From Candidatus Lustribacter sp. (GTDB taxonomy: Bacteria > Vulcanimicrobiota > Vulcanimicrobiia > Vulcanimicrobiales > Vulcanimicrobiaceae), in contig OZ255842.1 in the NCBI GenBank assembly GCA_965277805.1, positions 3,968,001-4,032,000 on the forward strand: a DNA stretch of 64,000 bases, in the 5' to 3' direction. A program made the position numbers and the translations under genes. Positions within the stretch are counted from its first letter, which is position 1. Each line of letters starts with the position of its first letter. Shown piece after piece: positions 1-9,477 of this stretch. The notes beneath the pieces were generated by a model. That model was not told where the DNA came from. It searched no databases and was given only the letters and a program-made list of their open reading frames with translations.

Positions 1-1284
1 CGCGAACGACCGGGCCGTCGCCACCGCTTCGTCCATCGAACCGGCGTAGGCGACTTCTGCGCGCTTGACGTGCTTAGCGATCTCCGGCGCCGCCTCACCG
101 ATCAGTACGACGGCTTTCGTGCGCGACGAGATGACTTTGCCGAGCTCCGAGAACTCCGTCCCCTTCGATTTGCCGCCCGCGATGAGGACGATCGGGCGAT
201 CGAACGAGCGCAGCGCCGCGATGACGGCGCCCGGGTTCGTCGCTTTGGAATCGTCGACGTAGAGAATACCGTCGCGATCGGCGACCGTCTCGAGCCGGTG
301 GTGCAGCGGTTTGAATGCGCGCACGGCCGCGGCGATCGCGGTGCGGTCCAACCCCGCCGAGAGGCCCACCAGCACCGCCGCCATCACGTTGTCGACGTTG
401 TGTGCGCCGTGCAGCGGGATATCGGCCACGTTCATGATCTCGACCGGGCGCGGGTCGCCGGTCGGCGGAGCGTAGACGATCGAGCTTTCGTTGCGCATGT
501 AGAGCGTGCTCTGACGGTGCGGCTCGCGCGAGAACCACAGCGCGCGTGCACGGATGCGCGTGTTGTCTTCACCCGGCGCGGCGGCGACGATCGGATCGTC
601 GAGGTTGCCGACGAAGGTGTCGCCCGGGCCTTGGTTGGCGAAAATGCGGAACTTCGCTTCGGCGTACTCGTCCATCGAGTGGTAGCGATCGAGATGATCG
701 GGCGTGATGTTGATGATGCACGAGATGCGCGGCTTGAACGAGCGGATCGATTCGAGCTGGAACGACGAGACCTCGGCGATGACCCAATCTTCGGGCTTCG
801 CGACCGCCGTTTCCGCGATCAGCGCGTTGCCGATGTTACCGCCGACGTACGTGGTGAAGCCGGCCTGGCGGAAGATCTCGCCGATCAGTGCGGTGGTCGT
901 CGACTTGCCCTTGGTGCCGGTCAGCGCGACGATCGGCGCTTGGCAAATGCGATAGGCGACTTCCACTTCGCTGAACACCGGCACGCCGGCTGCCTGAATG
1001 CGCCGCACCAGCTCGCCGTTGAGCGGGATGCCGGGCGAGAGGACGGCCACCGTCACTTTGGGCAGGATCTCACCGAGCGCATCAGGCGCGACGAACGGCA
1101 CGCCGGCCTTCTCGAGTTCCGCCAGGACGGGAGCGAGGGCGCTCGGCGAGCCCTCGTCGGTACCGTAGATCTGCGCGACGCGCGGCTGCAAGACCGCGAC
1201 GCTCGCGCGCCCGCTGCGGCCGAGCCCGATGACGAGGACGCGTTCGTTACGATCGAAGCGAACGGAAGAGATCGGAATATTCAT
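1..1284 (-). CDS. murD: UDP-N-acetylmuramoyl-L-alanine--D-glutamate ligase (3' end beyond window edge)
   Basis: Not in ORF track; read manually from ATG at 1284: MNIPISSVRFDRNERVLVIGLGRSG...SPGIP...ALTGTKGKSTTT...GGNIG...EVSSFQL...NITPDHLDRY. ATGA overlap with mraY stop. Confidence 0.95.
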   Translation of the reverse strand, partial: MNIPISSVRFDRNERVLVIGLGRSGRASVAVLQPRVAQIYGTDEGSPSALAPVLAELEKAGVPFVAPDALGEILPKVTVAVLSPGIPLNGELVRRIQAAGVPVFSEVEVAYRICQAPIVALTGTKGKSTTTALIGEIFRQAGFTTYVGGNIGNALIAETAVAKPEDWVIAEVSSFQLESIRSFKPRISCIINITPDHLDRYHSMDEYAEAKFRIFANQGPGDTFVGNLDDPIVAAAPGEDNTRIRARALWFSREPHRQSTLYMRNESSIVYAPPTGDPRPVEIMNVADIPLHGAHNVDNVMAAVLVGLSAGLDRTAIAAAVRAFKPLHHRLETVADRDGILYVDDSKATNPGAVIAALRSFDRPIVLIAGGKSKGTEFSELGKVISSRTKAVVLIGEAAPEIAKHVKRAEVAYAGSMDEAVATARSFA

Positions 1285-2222
1285 GCATGCACCACGATGA
1301 CGAAGCCGATGATTCCCAAGCAGAGCGAAGCTAACCAGAACGACGAGGTGACACGGGTTTCCGGCCAACCGCCCAACTCGAAATGATGATGCAGCGGGCT
1401 GATGCGAAAGACGCGCCGCCCGGTGGTTTTGAACGACGTTACCTGAATGATCACGGAGAGTGTTTCGGCCACGAACACGCCGCCGATGAGCAAGAGCAGC
1501 AACTGCGAACCGGTGAGGATCGCCGCCCCCGCCAGCGCTGCGCCGAGCGCGAGCGAGCCGGTATCACCCATGAAAATCTTCGCCGGATGGCGGTTGTAGA
1601 GTAAGAAGCCGAGCACCGCACCGAGCACGGCCACTGCCAAGATCGCCACGCTCGCGTTGCCTTGGCGCACGGCGATGAATGCTAGGAGCGCGAGCGGCGG
1701 CACGACCGTTCCCGAGGCGAGGCCGTCGAGCCCGTCGGTGAGGTTGACCGCGTGCGTCGTGGCGAGAATCACCGCGAGCGAAAGCCCATACCACACCCAA
1801 TACGGCACCGGACCGATGAAGAGCACCGCGTGCGGATCGGGGGTCAGCAACGCGACGTACGCGAGAAAGCCGGCGCCGATCACGGCGGTTGCGAGAAACT
1901 TCGTGCGCGCGTTCAAGCCGCGATTGCGGCCGCCGCGAATCGCCATGTAGTCGTCGATGACGCCGACCAGCGCCGAACCCGCAATCAGCAAACCGTAGGC
2001 CGCCACGATCGGATCGCGCGAGATCGCAAACGCGACCAGCGGGGCCAGCAGAAAGAGCAAACCGCCGAGGGTGGGCGTGCCGGTCTTCTTCTGGTGCGTT
2101 TGCGGTGCGAGTTCGTAGGCGTGCTGCCGCAGCGCAGCGCGCCGCAAGTAGCGTATCAGCGCCGGCGCCAGCACGGCCACCAGCGCGAACGTCACGACCA
2201 GCGCGACGAGCAGATCGATCAC
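1281..2222 (-). CDS. mraY: Phospho-N-acetylmuramoyl-pentapeptide transferase
   Basis: KTGTPTLGG, IDDY, NLTDGLDGL, IFMGDTGSLALG and PLHHHFEL motifs; multi-TM; dcw position. Confidence 0.97.
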   Translation of the reverse strand: MIDLLVALVVTFALVAVLAPALIRYLRRAALRQHAYELAPQTHQKKTGTPTLGGLLFLLAPLVAFAISRDPIVAAYGLLIAGSALVGVIDDYMAIRGGRNRGLNARTKFLATAVIGAGFLAYVALLTPDPHAVLFIGPVPYWVWYGLSLAVILATTHAVNLTDGLDGLASGTVVPPLALLAFIAVRQGNASVAILAVAVLGAVLGFLLYNRHPAKIFMGDTGSLALGAALAGAAILTGSQLLLLLIGGVFVAETLSVIIQVTSFKTTGRRVFRISPLHHHFELGGWPETRVTSSFWLASLCLGIIGFVIVVHA

Positions 2223-2917
2223 GCCGCACGCACCAAGGGATGCGCGCCGGCGCCGCGCCAGGCGAGGATGACCAGCGGCGTTTGTTCGTCGCCGTTGCCG
2301 GCGGGGTTGCCGAGCAGTGCCTTCTCTACCGCATCGCGCACGACGCCGGGCGACGCCCCGAGCGCCTTCGCGCGGCGCAGATCGTTGGCGTCGACGATCG
2401 CGATGTGCAATCCCAGCTCTTGCGCGAGTTCCGCGCTGACCTTGTCCGGCTCAGCGGGGCCGAGCACGATCGCACGCTCGTAGGGCGGCAGCGTGCCGGT
2501 GTAGCCGTCGATCGCGGCGATCGCTTCGCCGAGCAATTCGTAGAACACGCCGCGGCGTCCGATCGCGCGGCCGGCCACCTGCAGCACTGCGGCGCCGAAG
2601 ACGCGCCACGCGCCGACTTGGTCGATCACGAGCTGCAGCGACTCGGGCTGGTTGATCGTCGCGAGCACACCCGCGCGGCGCGCCAGCACGCGTGCGAGCT
2701 TCGAAGGACGGATCGTTTCGGCGCCGATGAAACGCCCTTGCGCGATCGCCACCGCCGTCTCCGCAATCGCGACGACGTCGCCCGGCTGCGCTAGGCCCGA
2801 GAGCGCTTCGCGCAACAGCGCGGCGAGATCGTCGCCTTTGACGATCAAGCGCGTGCGCACGGGAATCGCCACGATGCCTTCGGGCAGCGAGGGCTCGTGA
2901 ATCGCCACCGGGATCAT
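2219..2917 (-). CDS. F420-0:gamma-glutamyl ligase (CofE) family protein of unknown function
   Basis: Start re-called at ATG 2917 (ATGA overlap with murF). Motifs PVRTRLI..GDDL, GDVVAIAETAVAIAQGR, IDGYTGTLPPY, AIVDANDL, NPAGNGDEQTP resemble the short CofE-like subfamily. Confidence 0.8.
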   Translation of the reverse strand: MIPVAIHEPSLPEGIVAIPVRTRLIVKGDDLAALLREALSGLAQPGDVVAIAETAVAIAQGRFIGAETIRPSKLARVLARRAGVLATINQPESLQLVIDQVGAWRVFGAAVLQVAGRAIGRRGVFYELLGEAIAAIDGYTGTLPPYERAIVLGPAEPDKVSAELAQELGLHIAIVDANDLRRAKALGASPGVVRDAVEKALLGNPAGNGDEQTPLVILAWRGAGAHPLVRAA

Positions 2918-4281
2918 GCCGACAACCCCGCCACGATTTGCTCCATGCGGTACATGCGCGAGCCTTTGAGCAGCACGGTATCGCTGGGCCGCCCGTTTTC
3001 GCGCAGCCACGCGATCGCTTCTTCGTTGGTTTGGTAGATCACGAGCGCGTCTTCCGCAAGGCCCATCGCACGCGCGCCCGACGCAAGCGAGGGCGCGAAC
3101 GCGCCGCCGAACAGCACGACGTCAGCGGACGCTGCCGCCGCCGCGCCGACGCTCTGGTGCATGAACGCGGCGTCCGGACCCAATTCGGCCATGCTGCCGA
3201 TCACCGCGATGCGGCGCGCCGGCACGCGCTCGCGCGCAAACGTCTGCAGCGTGGCGAGCGCGCCGCTCGTCGAGGCGTTGTAGGCATCGTAGATGATCGT
3301 CGGTCCGCCGGCGATCGCGATGCGTTCGTAACGGCCGTGCGGGAGTTCGAATTTCGGCGCAGCTTGCGCGACGGCGGACGGATCGACGCCCGCCGCCCAC
3401 GCCGCGGCGAACGCAGCGGCAAGGTTGCGCCGGTTGTGATCGCCCGGCACGTCGACGAGCAACGGAAACGCGCGCACGTCGTCACCATCGATTGCGAGCA
3501 CGTCGTCGAGGCGTACGATCGCCGCCCGTTCGCCCGCCGGCGGCCGTTGCGCGTCGATGCCGAACCACACCGGCTGCTGGCCCAACTCCGGCGCGCGCTC
3601 CCGCGAGGTGTCATCGCTGAGGTTGAGCACCGGTTGCGCGCCGCCCCCAAAGATTCCCCACTTCGTCTCGGCGAGCCGCTCGCGGCTGCCCATGATCTCG
3701 AGGTGCGCTTCGCCGATGTTCGTGAGCACGCCGATGTCCGGCCGCGCCGCCATCACGAGCGGCTCGAGATCGCGGTATTTGCGCGCGCCGAACTCGACGA
3801 TCGCCACGCGCTCGTCGCCGTCGTCGAGGGAGAGCAAGAATTTCGCGACACCGATCTCGTTGTTCTCGTTCTCCGGCGTTGCGGTTACCGGCCGGCCGGC
3901 CGCCTCGAACGCCTGCAGCGCGAACGTCTTCGTCGTCGTCTTGCCGGTACTGCCGGTGATTGCGATGACCGGACCGTTCACGCGATCGCGCGCCAGCCCG
4001 CCGAGCGCGAGATAGGCCGCCAGCGTGTCGGCAACGACGATGCCCGCTTGACCCTCCGGCAGCGCGCTCGCATCATCGACGATGACGGCCGATGCGCCGG
4101 CCGCCACGGCGGCGTTCACGAATTTGTGTCCGTCGAAACGCTCGCCGCGCAAGGCCAGGAACGTTTCGCTGGGCCGGATGTCGCGCGTGTCGGTCGAGAC
4201 CGCGATCGTGGCCGGCAAGTGTTCGCGATTGTGCACGGTTCCTGCGAGCGCGGCCAGCGCGTCGTTCGTCGGCAGCCTCAT
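2914..4281 (-). CDS. murF: UDP-N-acetylmuramoyl-tripeptide--D-Ala-D-Ala ligase
   Basis: TDTR, GERFDGH, ITGSTGKTTTK, NNEIGV, DAYNAS, GSMAELG, LLKGSR motifs. Confidence 0.96.
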   Translation of the reverse strand: MRLPTNDALAALAGTVHNREHLPATIAVSTDTRDIRPSETFLALRGERFDGHKFVNAAVAAGASAVIVDDASALPEGQAGIVVADTLAAYLALGGLARDRVNGPVIAITGSTGKTTTKTFALQAFEAAGRPVTATPENENNEIGVAKFLLSLDDGDERVAIVEFGARKYRDLEPLVMAARPDIGVLTNIGEAHLEIMGSRERLAETKWGIFGGGAQPVLNLSDDTSRERAPELGQQPVWFGIDAQRPPAGERAAIVRLDDVLAIDGDDVRAFPLLVDVPGDHNRRNLAAAFAAAWAAGVDPSAVAQAAPKFELPHGRYERIAIAGGPTIIYDAYNASTSGALATLQTFARERVPARRIAVIGSMAELGPDAAFMHQSVGAAAAASADVVLFGGAFAPSLASGARAMGLAEDALVIYQTNEEAIAWLRENGRPSDTVLLKGSRMYRMEQIVAGLSA

Positions 4282-5708
4282 GCGCGCAACGCTCCCGAAC
4301 GCAACGAGAACGCGCTGCGTACTTCGTCGCGGTCATCGAACGGAAACCGCTCGTCGCCGATGATCTGGTAGGCTTCGTGGCCCTTGCCCGCCACCACGAC
4401 CGTATCGCCGGCGCGCGCATCGTTGATCGCGCGGCGGATCGCGGTGCGCCGGTCGAGGATCACTTCGGCAATGATGCCGTCGGCGATCGCGGCGGCAATT
4501 TCGGCCGGGTTTTCACTGCGCGGATTATCGGTGGTCACGATCACCGCGTCGGCCGCTTCGGCCGCGATGCGTCCCATCTCCACGCGTTTGCCCGCATCGC
4601 GGTCGCCGCCGCACCCGAACACCACGATCAAGCGCCCGCGCGTCGTTTCACGCGCGGCGCGCAGCACGTTCGTCAGGGCATCGGGCGTGTGCGCGTAGTC
4701 GACGATCGCATCGATGCCGAACGCGCCGATGCGTTCCATCCGGCCGGGTACCGCGCGCACCGTGGCCAGACCGCGCACGATCGCTTCGTCGTCGATGCCG
4801 GCCGCCCGCGCGAGACCGATCGCGGCGAGCGCGTTCGCGACGTTGAACCGGCCGGGCAGGCTGATCTCGATGTGCATTCCGTCAACGTCGAATTGCGATC
4901 CGTCGCCGTTGAGGACGATGTTCGTTGCGCGCAGTTGCGCCACGCGGTCGATCGCGTAGGTGGTCGCAGTCACAAACTCACCGGCAAACGTGCGGCCCAC
5001 CGGATCGTCGACGTTGAGCACCGCCAGCGGCGCCAAATCGAAGAGATGGCGCTTGGCGGCGATGTAGCGCGTAAGCGTGCCGTGAAAATCGAGATGGTCG
5101 CGCGTGACGTTGGTCAGCACCGCTGCACGAAAGTGCACGTCGTCGGCACGGCCCAGCGCGAGCGCGTGCGACGAGACCTCCATCGCTACCGCGCGCGCGC
5201 CGGCGTTGCGCATCTCCGCGAGCGTGCGGTGCAGTTCGATCGCTAGCGGCGTCGTGTTCTCGAGCGCCCACGTCTCGCCGCCGAACACGCCGCCGAGCGT
5301 ACCGATCACGCCGCACGGGATACTCGCCGCTTCGGCGATCGCGCGGATCAGATACGACGTTGTCGTTTTGCCGTTGGTCCCGGTGATGCCGAAGACCATC
5401 ATTCCGAGCGACGGCTGGCCGTAGAATTTTGCGGCCAGCCGCGAGATCGCACTGCGTGTGTCATCGACCACGACCTGCGGTACGTCGACATCAACTTCGT
5501 GCTCGACGACCAGTGCGGCGGCACCGCGTGCGACGGCACCCTTGGCAAAGCGATGGCCGTCCACACGCTCGCCTCGGACGGCAACGAAAAGGCTGCCGGG
5601 CTCAACCGTACGCGAGTCGACGGCAATCGAGGTCACGGCTTCGGGCAAGGTGCCGATGATTCGCGGCGCGGTCAGTGCGTCGAGCAACGGCCGAAGCTCT
5701 CGCATCAT
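4278..5708 (-). CDS. murE: UDP-N-acetylmuramoyl-L-alanyl-D-glutamate--2,6-diaminopimelate ligase
   Basis: GITGTNGKTTT, MEVSSH, DHLDFH, VDYAHTPD, FGCGGDRD, DNPR (meso-DAP-type motif), AGKGHE. Confidence 0.97.
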   Translation of the reverse strand: MMRELRPLLDALTAPRIIGTLPEAVTSIAVDSRTVEPGSLFVAVRGERVDGHRFAKGAVARGAAALVVEHEVDVDVPQVVVDDTRSAISRLAAKFYGQPSLGMMVFGITGTNGKTTTSYLIRAIAEAASIPCGVIGTLGGVFGGETWALENTTPLAIELHRTLAEMRNAGARAVAMEVSSHALALGRADDVHFRAAVLTNVTRDHLDFHGTLTRYIAAKRHLFDLAPLAVLNVDDPVGRTFAGEFVTATTYAIDRVAQLRATNIVLNGDGSQFDVDGMHIEISLPGRFNVANALAAIGLARAAGIDDEAIVRGLATVRAVPGRMERIGAFGIDAIVDYAHTPDALTNVLRAARETTRGRLIVVFGCGGDRDAGKRVEMGRIAAEAADAVIVTTDNPRSENPAEIAAAIADGIIAEVILDRRTAIRRAINDARAGDTVVVAGKGHEAYQIIGDERFPFDDRDEVRSAFSLRSGALRA

Positions 5709-7474
5709 CGTTTCTTCTTCGCAGCAGCCGGCCGGGAAACCAAGCGCGGGGGAGAGCTCGGCATGATGTCGTCGTGCAACATCACCGTGCGCGCGAGGTC
5801 GGCGAAAATCGGCGCCGCGACGGTACCGCCGTAGTAGGAGCCGCGCGGGCGCTCGATCTTCACGAAGATCACGTAACGCGGCTGTTCGGCCGGCACGTAA
5901 CCGATAAAGGAGCCGACGTACTCGCCCGGCTCGTAGCGGCCGTTTTCCACCACCTGCGCGGTACCGGTCTTCCCGGCCGTGGTGTAGCCCGGGGTGCGCG
6001 CGCTGGGATTCCCCGTGCCGTACGTCACGACCGCGCGCAAGATCTGCCGCAACTCCGCCGCCGTCGTCTCGGAGATCACGCGCCGTTCGATCTCGGGCGC
6101 GTACGTGTAGATCACCTTACCGTTCGCATCTTCGAGGGCGTGCACGATGCGCGGGCGCAGCAAGAGCCCGCCGTTGGCGATTGCGGCGTACGCCCGCGTC
6201 AGCGCGATCGGCGTCGTCGACACGCCGTGACCGAACGAGATCGTCGCGACCGAACTGCCGCTCCACTCGGAGACCGGCGGAACGATGCCGGCATTTTCGC
6301 CGTCGAGTTCGACGTGCGTGTAGTCGCCGAAACCGAATTTGCGGATCATCGCATACAGCGTCGAGGCGCCGATCCTCATGCCCACTTCGGCCGCGCCGAC
6401 GTTGTGCGAGTACGCGACGATATCTTGCAGCGTCTCGGTACTCGACGATCCGGCCATGAAGCCGTCCTCGGCGTTGTGAATCGTATGACCGCCGACATCG
6501 AGCTGATCGCGGGCCGGAAAGCGCGTCTTCAGCGTCACCTTGCCGCTCTCGAGCGCCGCGGCGGCGGTGATCAGCTTGAAGGTCGATCCGGGCTCGTAGG
6601 CGTCCGCCACCGCGCGATCGCGCCACGAGTTTTCCGGCGCTTGCGAGAAATGGTTGGGATCGAAGTCCGGCGCGTTGGCCATCGCCAGGATCTCGCCCGT
6701 GTGTACGTCCATCACGACGGCCGTCGCGCTCTTCGCGTGCCAAGTCTTCATCGCGGCGTCGATCTGGTGTTCGGCCTCGAACTGCAGGAACGAATCGAGC
6801 GTCAGCACGAGCGTCTTGCCGGGTTGCGCGCGTTCGATCACGGTCGAGTCGCCGAACGGGATCGCGCGTCCGAACTCATCCGCCTCGACGCGCATTTTTC
6901 CCGGCGTACCGCGCAGGTAGCCATCGAACGAGTACTCGAGGCCGGCGAGCCCGTTTTCTTCCGTTCCCACGAAGCCGAGCACCGTCGACGCGAGCCGGCC
7001 CGATGGTGCGTACCGCACGCCGGTCTCTTCGGGTTTGAGCCCGATCGCGTCGATGTTCAGCGCTCGGACGCGCTCGGCAACCGAGTGCGGAATCTTGCGC
7101 TTTAGGTAGCGGAACGGCGTGCGCTCGCGCAACGCTGCTTCGAGCCGGTCTTGCGAATAGCCGAGGATCGGCGAAAGTTTGGCGGCGATTTCCGGCACGT
7201 CGGAGGGATCGATCGACGTCGGCACCGCGTAGACGCTCTCCGACGGGAGCGATCGCACGAGAACCGTTCCGTCGCGATCGACGATCGAGCCGCGCTTGGC
7301 GAACGCGTCGACGGTTTCGCTATGCTGGGAGAGCGCAAGACGCGAAAGATTCGCGCTCTGACGAATTTGGACGTCGGCGAGCCGCCACGTTAGCCATAAG
7401 GTAACCAGAAGCGTCGCAAGAATAGCGAGCTTCGCGCGTACGACAGGAACGCGCGCGAACGCCCGGTCGGCCAT
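5705..7474 (-). CDS. ftsI: Class B penicillin-binding protein (FtsI/SpoVD type)
   Basis: N-terminal TM, RGSIVDR, EPGSTFK (SxxK), SHN (SxN), KTGTAQ. Confidence 0.93.
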   Translation of the reverse strand: MADRAFARVPVVRAKLAILATLLVTLWLTWRLADVQIRQSANLSRLALSQHSETVDAFAKRGSIVDRDGTVLVRSLPSESVYAVPTSIDPSDVPEIAAKLSPILGYSQDRLEAALRERTPFRYLKRKIPHSVAERVRALNIDAIGLKPEETGVRYAPSGRLASTVLGFVGTEENGLAGLEYSFDGYLRGTPGKMRVEADEFGRAIPFGDSTVIERAQPGKTLVLTLDSFLQFEAEHQIDAAMKTWHAKSATAVVMDVHTGEILAMANAPDFDPNHFSQAPENSWRDRAVADAYEPGSTFKLITAAAALESGKVTLKTRFPARDQLDVGGHTIHNAEDGFMAGSSSTETLQDIVAYSHNVGAAEVGMRIGASTLYAMIRKFGFGDYTHVELDGENAGIVPPVSEWSGSSVATISFGHGVSTTPIALTRAYAAIANGGLLLRPRIVHALEDANGKVIYTYAPEIERRVISETTAAELRQILRAVVTYGTGNPSARTPGYTTAGKTGTAQVVENGRYEPGEYVGSFIGYVPAEQPRYVIFVKIERPRGSYYGGTVAAPIFADLARTVMLHDDIMPSSPPRLVSRPAAAKKKR

Positions 7475-7900
7475 TTAACGGCGGAAAAATGCGCCCAGGA
7501 ACGCGATGCCGTTGGAGGGCGGCGCCACGACCGGACCGGGAACGTCGACCACGGCGTACCGGCTGGGATCGTGCATGTTCATGCGACCCGCCAAATCGGC
7601 CAGACGCTCGCGCGACTGGAGTTGCGCGATGCGATCGTCGAGACGCAGCGTCTCTTCGACGAGGGCACTTTTCGTCTGCGTCGCCTGCGCGAGCGAGTAG
7701 TTGAGCGCGGTGAGGTTGCCCATGAGGAGCACGTAAACCATCACCGGCACCAGCAGCACCCCGAACCCGATTGCGATGAGCGCGGGCATCGCGTAATTCT
7801 GCATTCGCGTGCGGCGTCCGCGACGGCGCGCGGCTTCGCGCGCGCGTACCTGGACGCGCGGCTGGGGTTGAGTCTGCGGAATTGCTTTGAGCGCAATCAC
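7475..7900 (-). CDS. ftsL: Cell division protein FtsL-like
   Basis: Single TM followed by a coiled coil (L..RIAQLQSRERLADLA..MNM); sits between rsmH and ftsI. Confidence 0.75.
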   Translation of the reverse strand: MIALKAIPQTQPQPRVQVRAREAARRRGRRTRMQNYAMPALIAIGFGVLLVPVMVYVLLMGNLTALNYSLAQATQTKSALVEETLRLDDRIAQLQSRERLADLAGRMNMHDPSRYAVVDVPGPVVAPPSNGIAFLGAFFRR

Positions 7901-8763
7901 GCGGCGGCCTCGCTTTCAACGGTGGCGACGCGCATTTTCGCGCTGCGCGCCCGGGGATTGGTGCTGATTTCCTCATCGCCCGGTACGATGGGTTTGCGCG
8001 TGAGCGGTTGCACGCGCTCGTCCTCACGAAAGAACAGCTTCACGATACGATCTTCAAGCGAATGAAAGCTGATGACGGCGATGCGGCCGCCGGGGCGCAC
8101 GACGTTCGCCGCTCCGTCGAGGCTCTCGCGCAGCGCGCCGAGCTCGTCGTTGACCGCGATGCGCAAAGCCTGAAAGGTCCGCGTTGCGGGGTGAATGCGC
8201 TCGCGCTTCCCACGCACGTGCACGGACCCGGCGACGATCGCAGCCAGCTCGCCCGTGGTCCGCGGCAGTTTGCTCTTGAGCGCGCGGGCGATACGCCGTG
8301 AGTTGCGCTCGTCGCCATAGCGGAAGATGATGTCGGCCAACTCGACCTCGTCGTGCGAGACGATGTAGTCGGCCGCGCTTTCGCCCTGCGTTGGATCGAG
8401 CCGCATGTCGAGCGGCGCGTCGCTGCGGAACGAGAAGCCGCGCGCGCCGTCATCGAGCTGCATCGAGCTCACACCTAAGTCGTAGAGGACGCCGTCCACC
8501 CGCGCGATCGCCCGCGACGCCAGCTCCGCGGCGAGCGTCCGGAAATTTGCGTGTATTAAGGTAAGCCGCGGATCCTCCGGCGCGAGCGACGCCGCAAGCG
8601 GATCCGCATCGAAAGCGATTGTCCGTCCGAGCGGCCCCAATCGCTCCAGGATCAGCCGCGTGTGTCCGCCCGCGCCGAAGGTCGCGTCGACGTAAGTCCC
8701 ATCCGGGACGATGGCCAGAGCATCGAGTGCTTCGGTTGCAAGAACCGATGTGTGCGGCGGCAC
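7897..8763 (-). CDS. rsmH: 16S rRNA (cytosine1402-N4)-methyltransferase
   Basis: HTSVL, DATFGAGGH, DLGVSSMQLD, PLDMR, HPATRTFQALRIAVNDEL, ISFHSLEDRIVK, NPRARSAK. Confidence 0.97.
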   Translation of the reverse strand: MPPHTSVLATEALDALAIVPDGTYVDATFGAGGHTRLILERLGPLGRTIAFDADPLAASLAPEDPRLTLIHANFRTLAAELASRAIARVDGVLYDLGVSSMQLDDGARGFSFRSDAPLDMRLDPTQGESAADYIVSHDEVELADIIFRYGDERNSRRIARALKSKLPRTTGELAAIVAGSVHVRGKRERIHPATRTFQALRIAVNDELGALRESLDGAANVVRPGGRIAVISFHSLEDRIVKLFFREDERVQPLTRKPIVPGDEEISTNPRARSAKMRVATVESEAAA

Positions 8764-8766
8764 CCA

Positions 8767-9210
8767 CTAATACAGCCCGAGCTCGGAGCGGAAGTCGGTG
8801 AGATCACCGGCGCCGGCCGCGACGGCAGCGTAACGATCCTTCGCCCAGAGCTCGACCCGGGTCAGAGAACCGATCGACGTCACGTCTTTCTCGATGTGGG
8901 CCCACGCGCGCAACACCGGCGGCAGCACGAGCCGGCCTTGGTTATCGCACGAGCTCTCTTCGGTGTGCGCGAACAGATGGCGCACGAACGCGCGATAGCG
9001 CGCGTCCTTCACCGGCGAGGCCTCGAGGCGCGCGCAAAATTCGTTCCACATGACAGCAGGGTAGAGCGCCAGACACTGGTCGGGCTCGCCGATCGTTACG
9101 AAGAAGCCGGACCCCAGACGTTCCCGGAAGCGTGCGGGCACGACGAGACGGCCTTTGTCATCAAGGCTATGTTCGACCGAACCGGTGAACAGGGGCCGTT
9201 CCGCTGCCAA
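8767..9210 (-). CDS. mraZ: dcw cluster transcriptional regulator MraZ
   Basis: Two SpoVT/AbrB repeats, LDDKGRLVVPARFR and CDNQGRLVLP; first gene of the cluster; TTG start. Confidence 0.95.
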   Translation of the reverse strand: MAAERPLFTGSVEHSLDDKGRLVVPARFRERLGSGFFVTIGEPDQCLALYPAVMWNEFCARLEASPVKDARYRAFVRHLFAHTEESSCDNQGRLVLPPVLRAWAHIEKDVTSIGSLTRVELWAKDRYAAVAAGAGDLTDFRSELGLY

Positions 9211-9219
9211 AAGGGTACT

Positions 9220-9272
9220 CCACTAGGAACCATTACGATCCACTAGGTACCACTATAGCCCACTGTCCCCAC
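9220..9272 (-). promoter_or_regulatory. MraZ-binding direct repeats (GTGG boxes, 10-bp period)
   Basis: On + strand CCAC at 9220, 9240, 9250, 9260 and 9269, and CCAT at 9230; these read GTGG/ATGG on the mraZ strand immediately upstream of mraZ. Confidence 0.85.
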
Positions 9273-9477
9273 ATGGGCAACCCTCTGCGCGATTTCCGCC
9301 AGACCGAGATACGGGATACGCGGGCCGACCCACCTGACGAACGCACGTTCGATCCCCGCGGCCTCGTAGCGAAGGCCGCGTGTCGAGTGGCGCCCGTCCA
9401 GTTATGTTCTTACGAAGACGCGCAATCTGCGGAGCAAAGACTTGTTTCGAAACTTCGCGACTGTGGGTTCCCGCCCG

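Noticed and set aside
2219-2917. Evidence for coenzyme F420 biosynthesis
   Set aside because: A short divergent CofE-like subfamily with no other cof/fbi genes in the window; the nearby LLM enzyme looks FMN-type.
70-7105. Long plus-strand ORFs (70-1386, 2938-4371, 4092-5246, 5675-7105) and similar antisense ORFs across the window
   Set aside because: They are Arg/Ala-rich shadows of well-supported opposite-strand genes in high-GC DNA, with no motifs.
9220-9272. 10-bp periodic repeats read as a CRISPR array or iterons
   Set aside because: Far too short, with no spacers and no cas or rep genes; explained as MraZ boxes.
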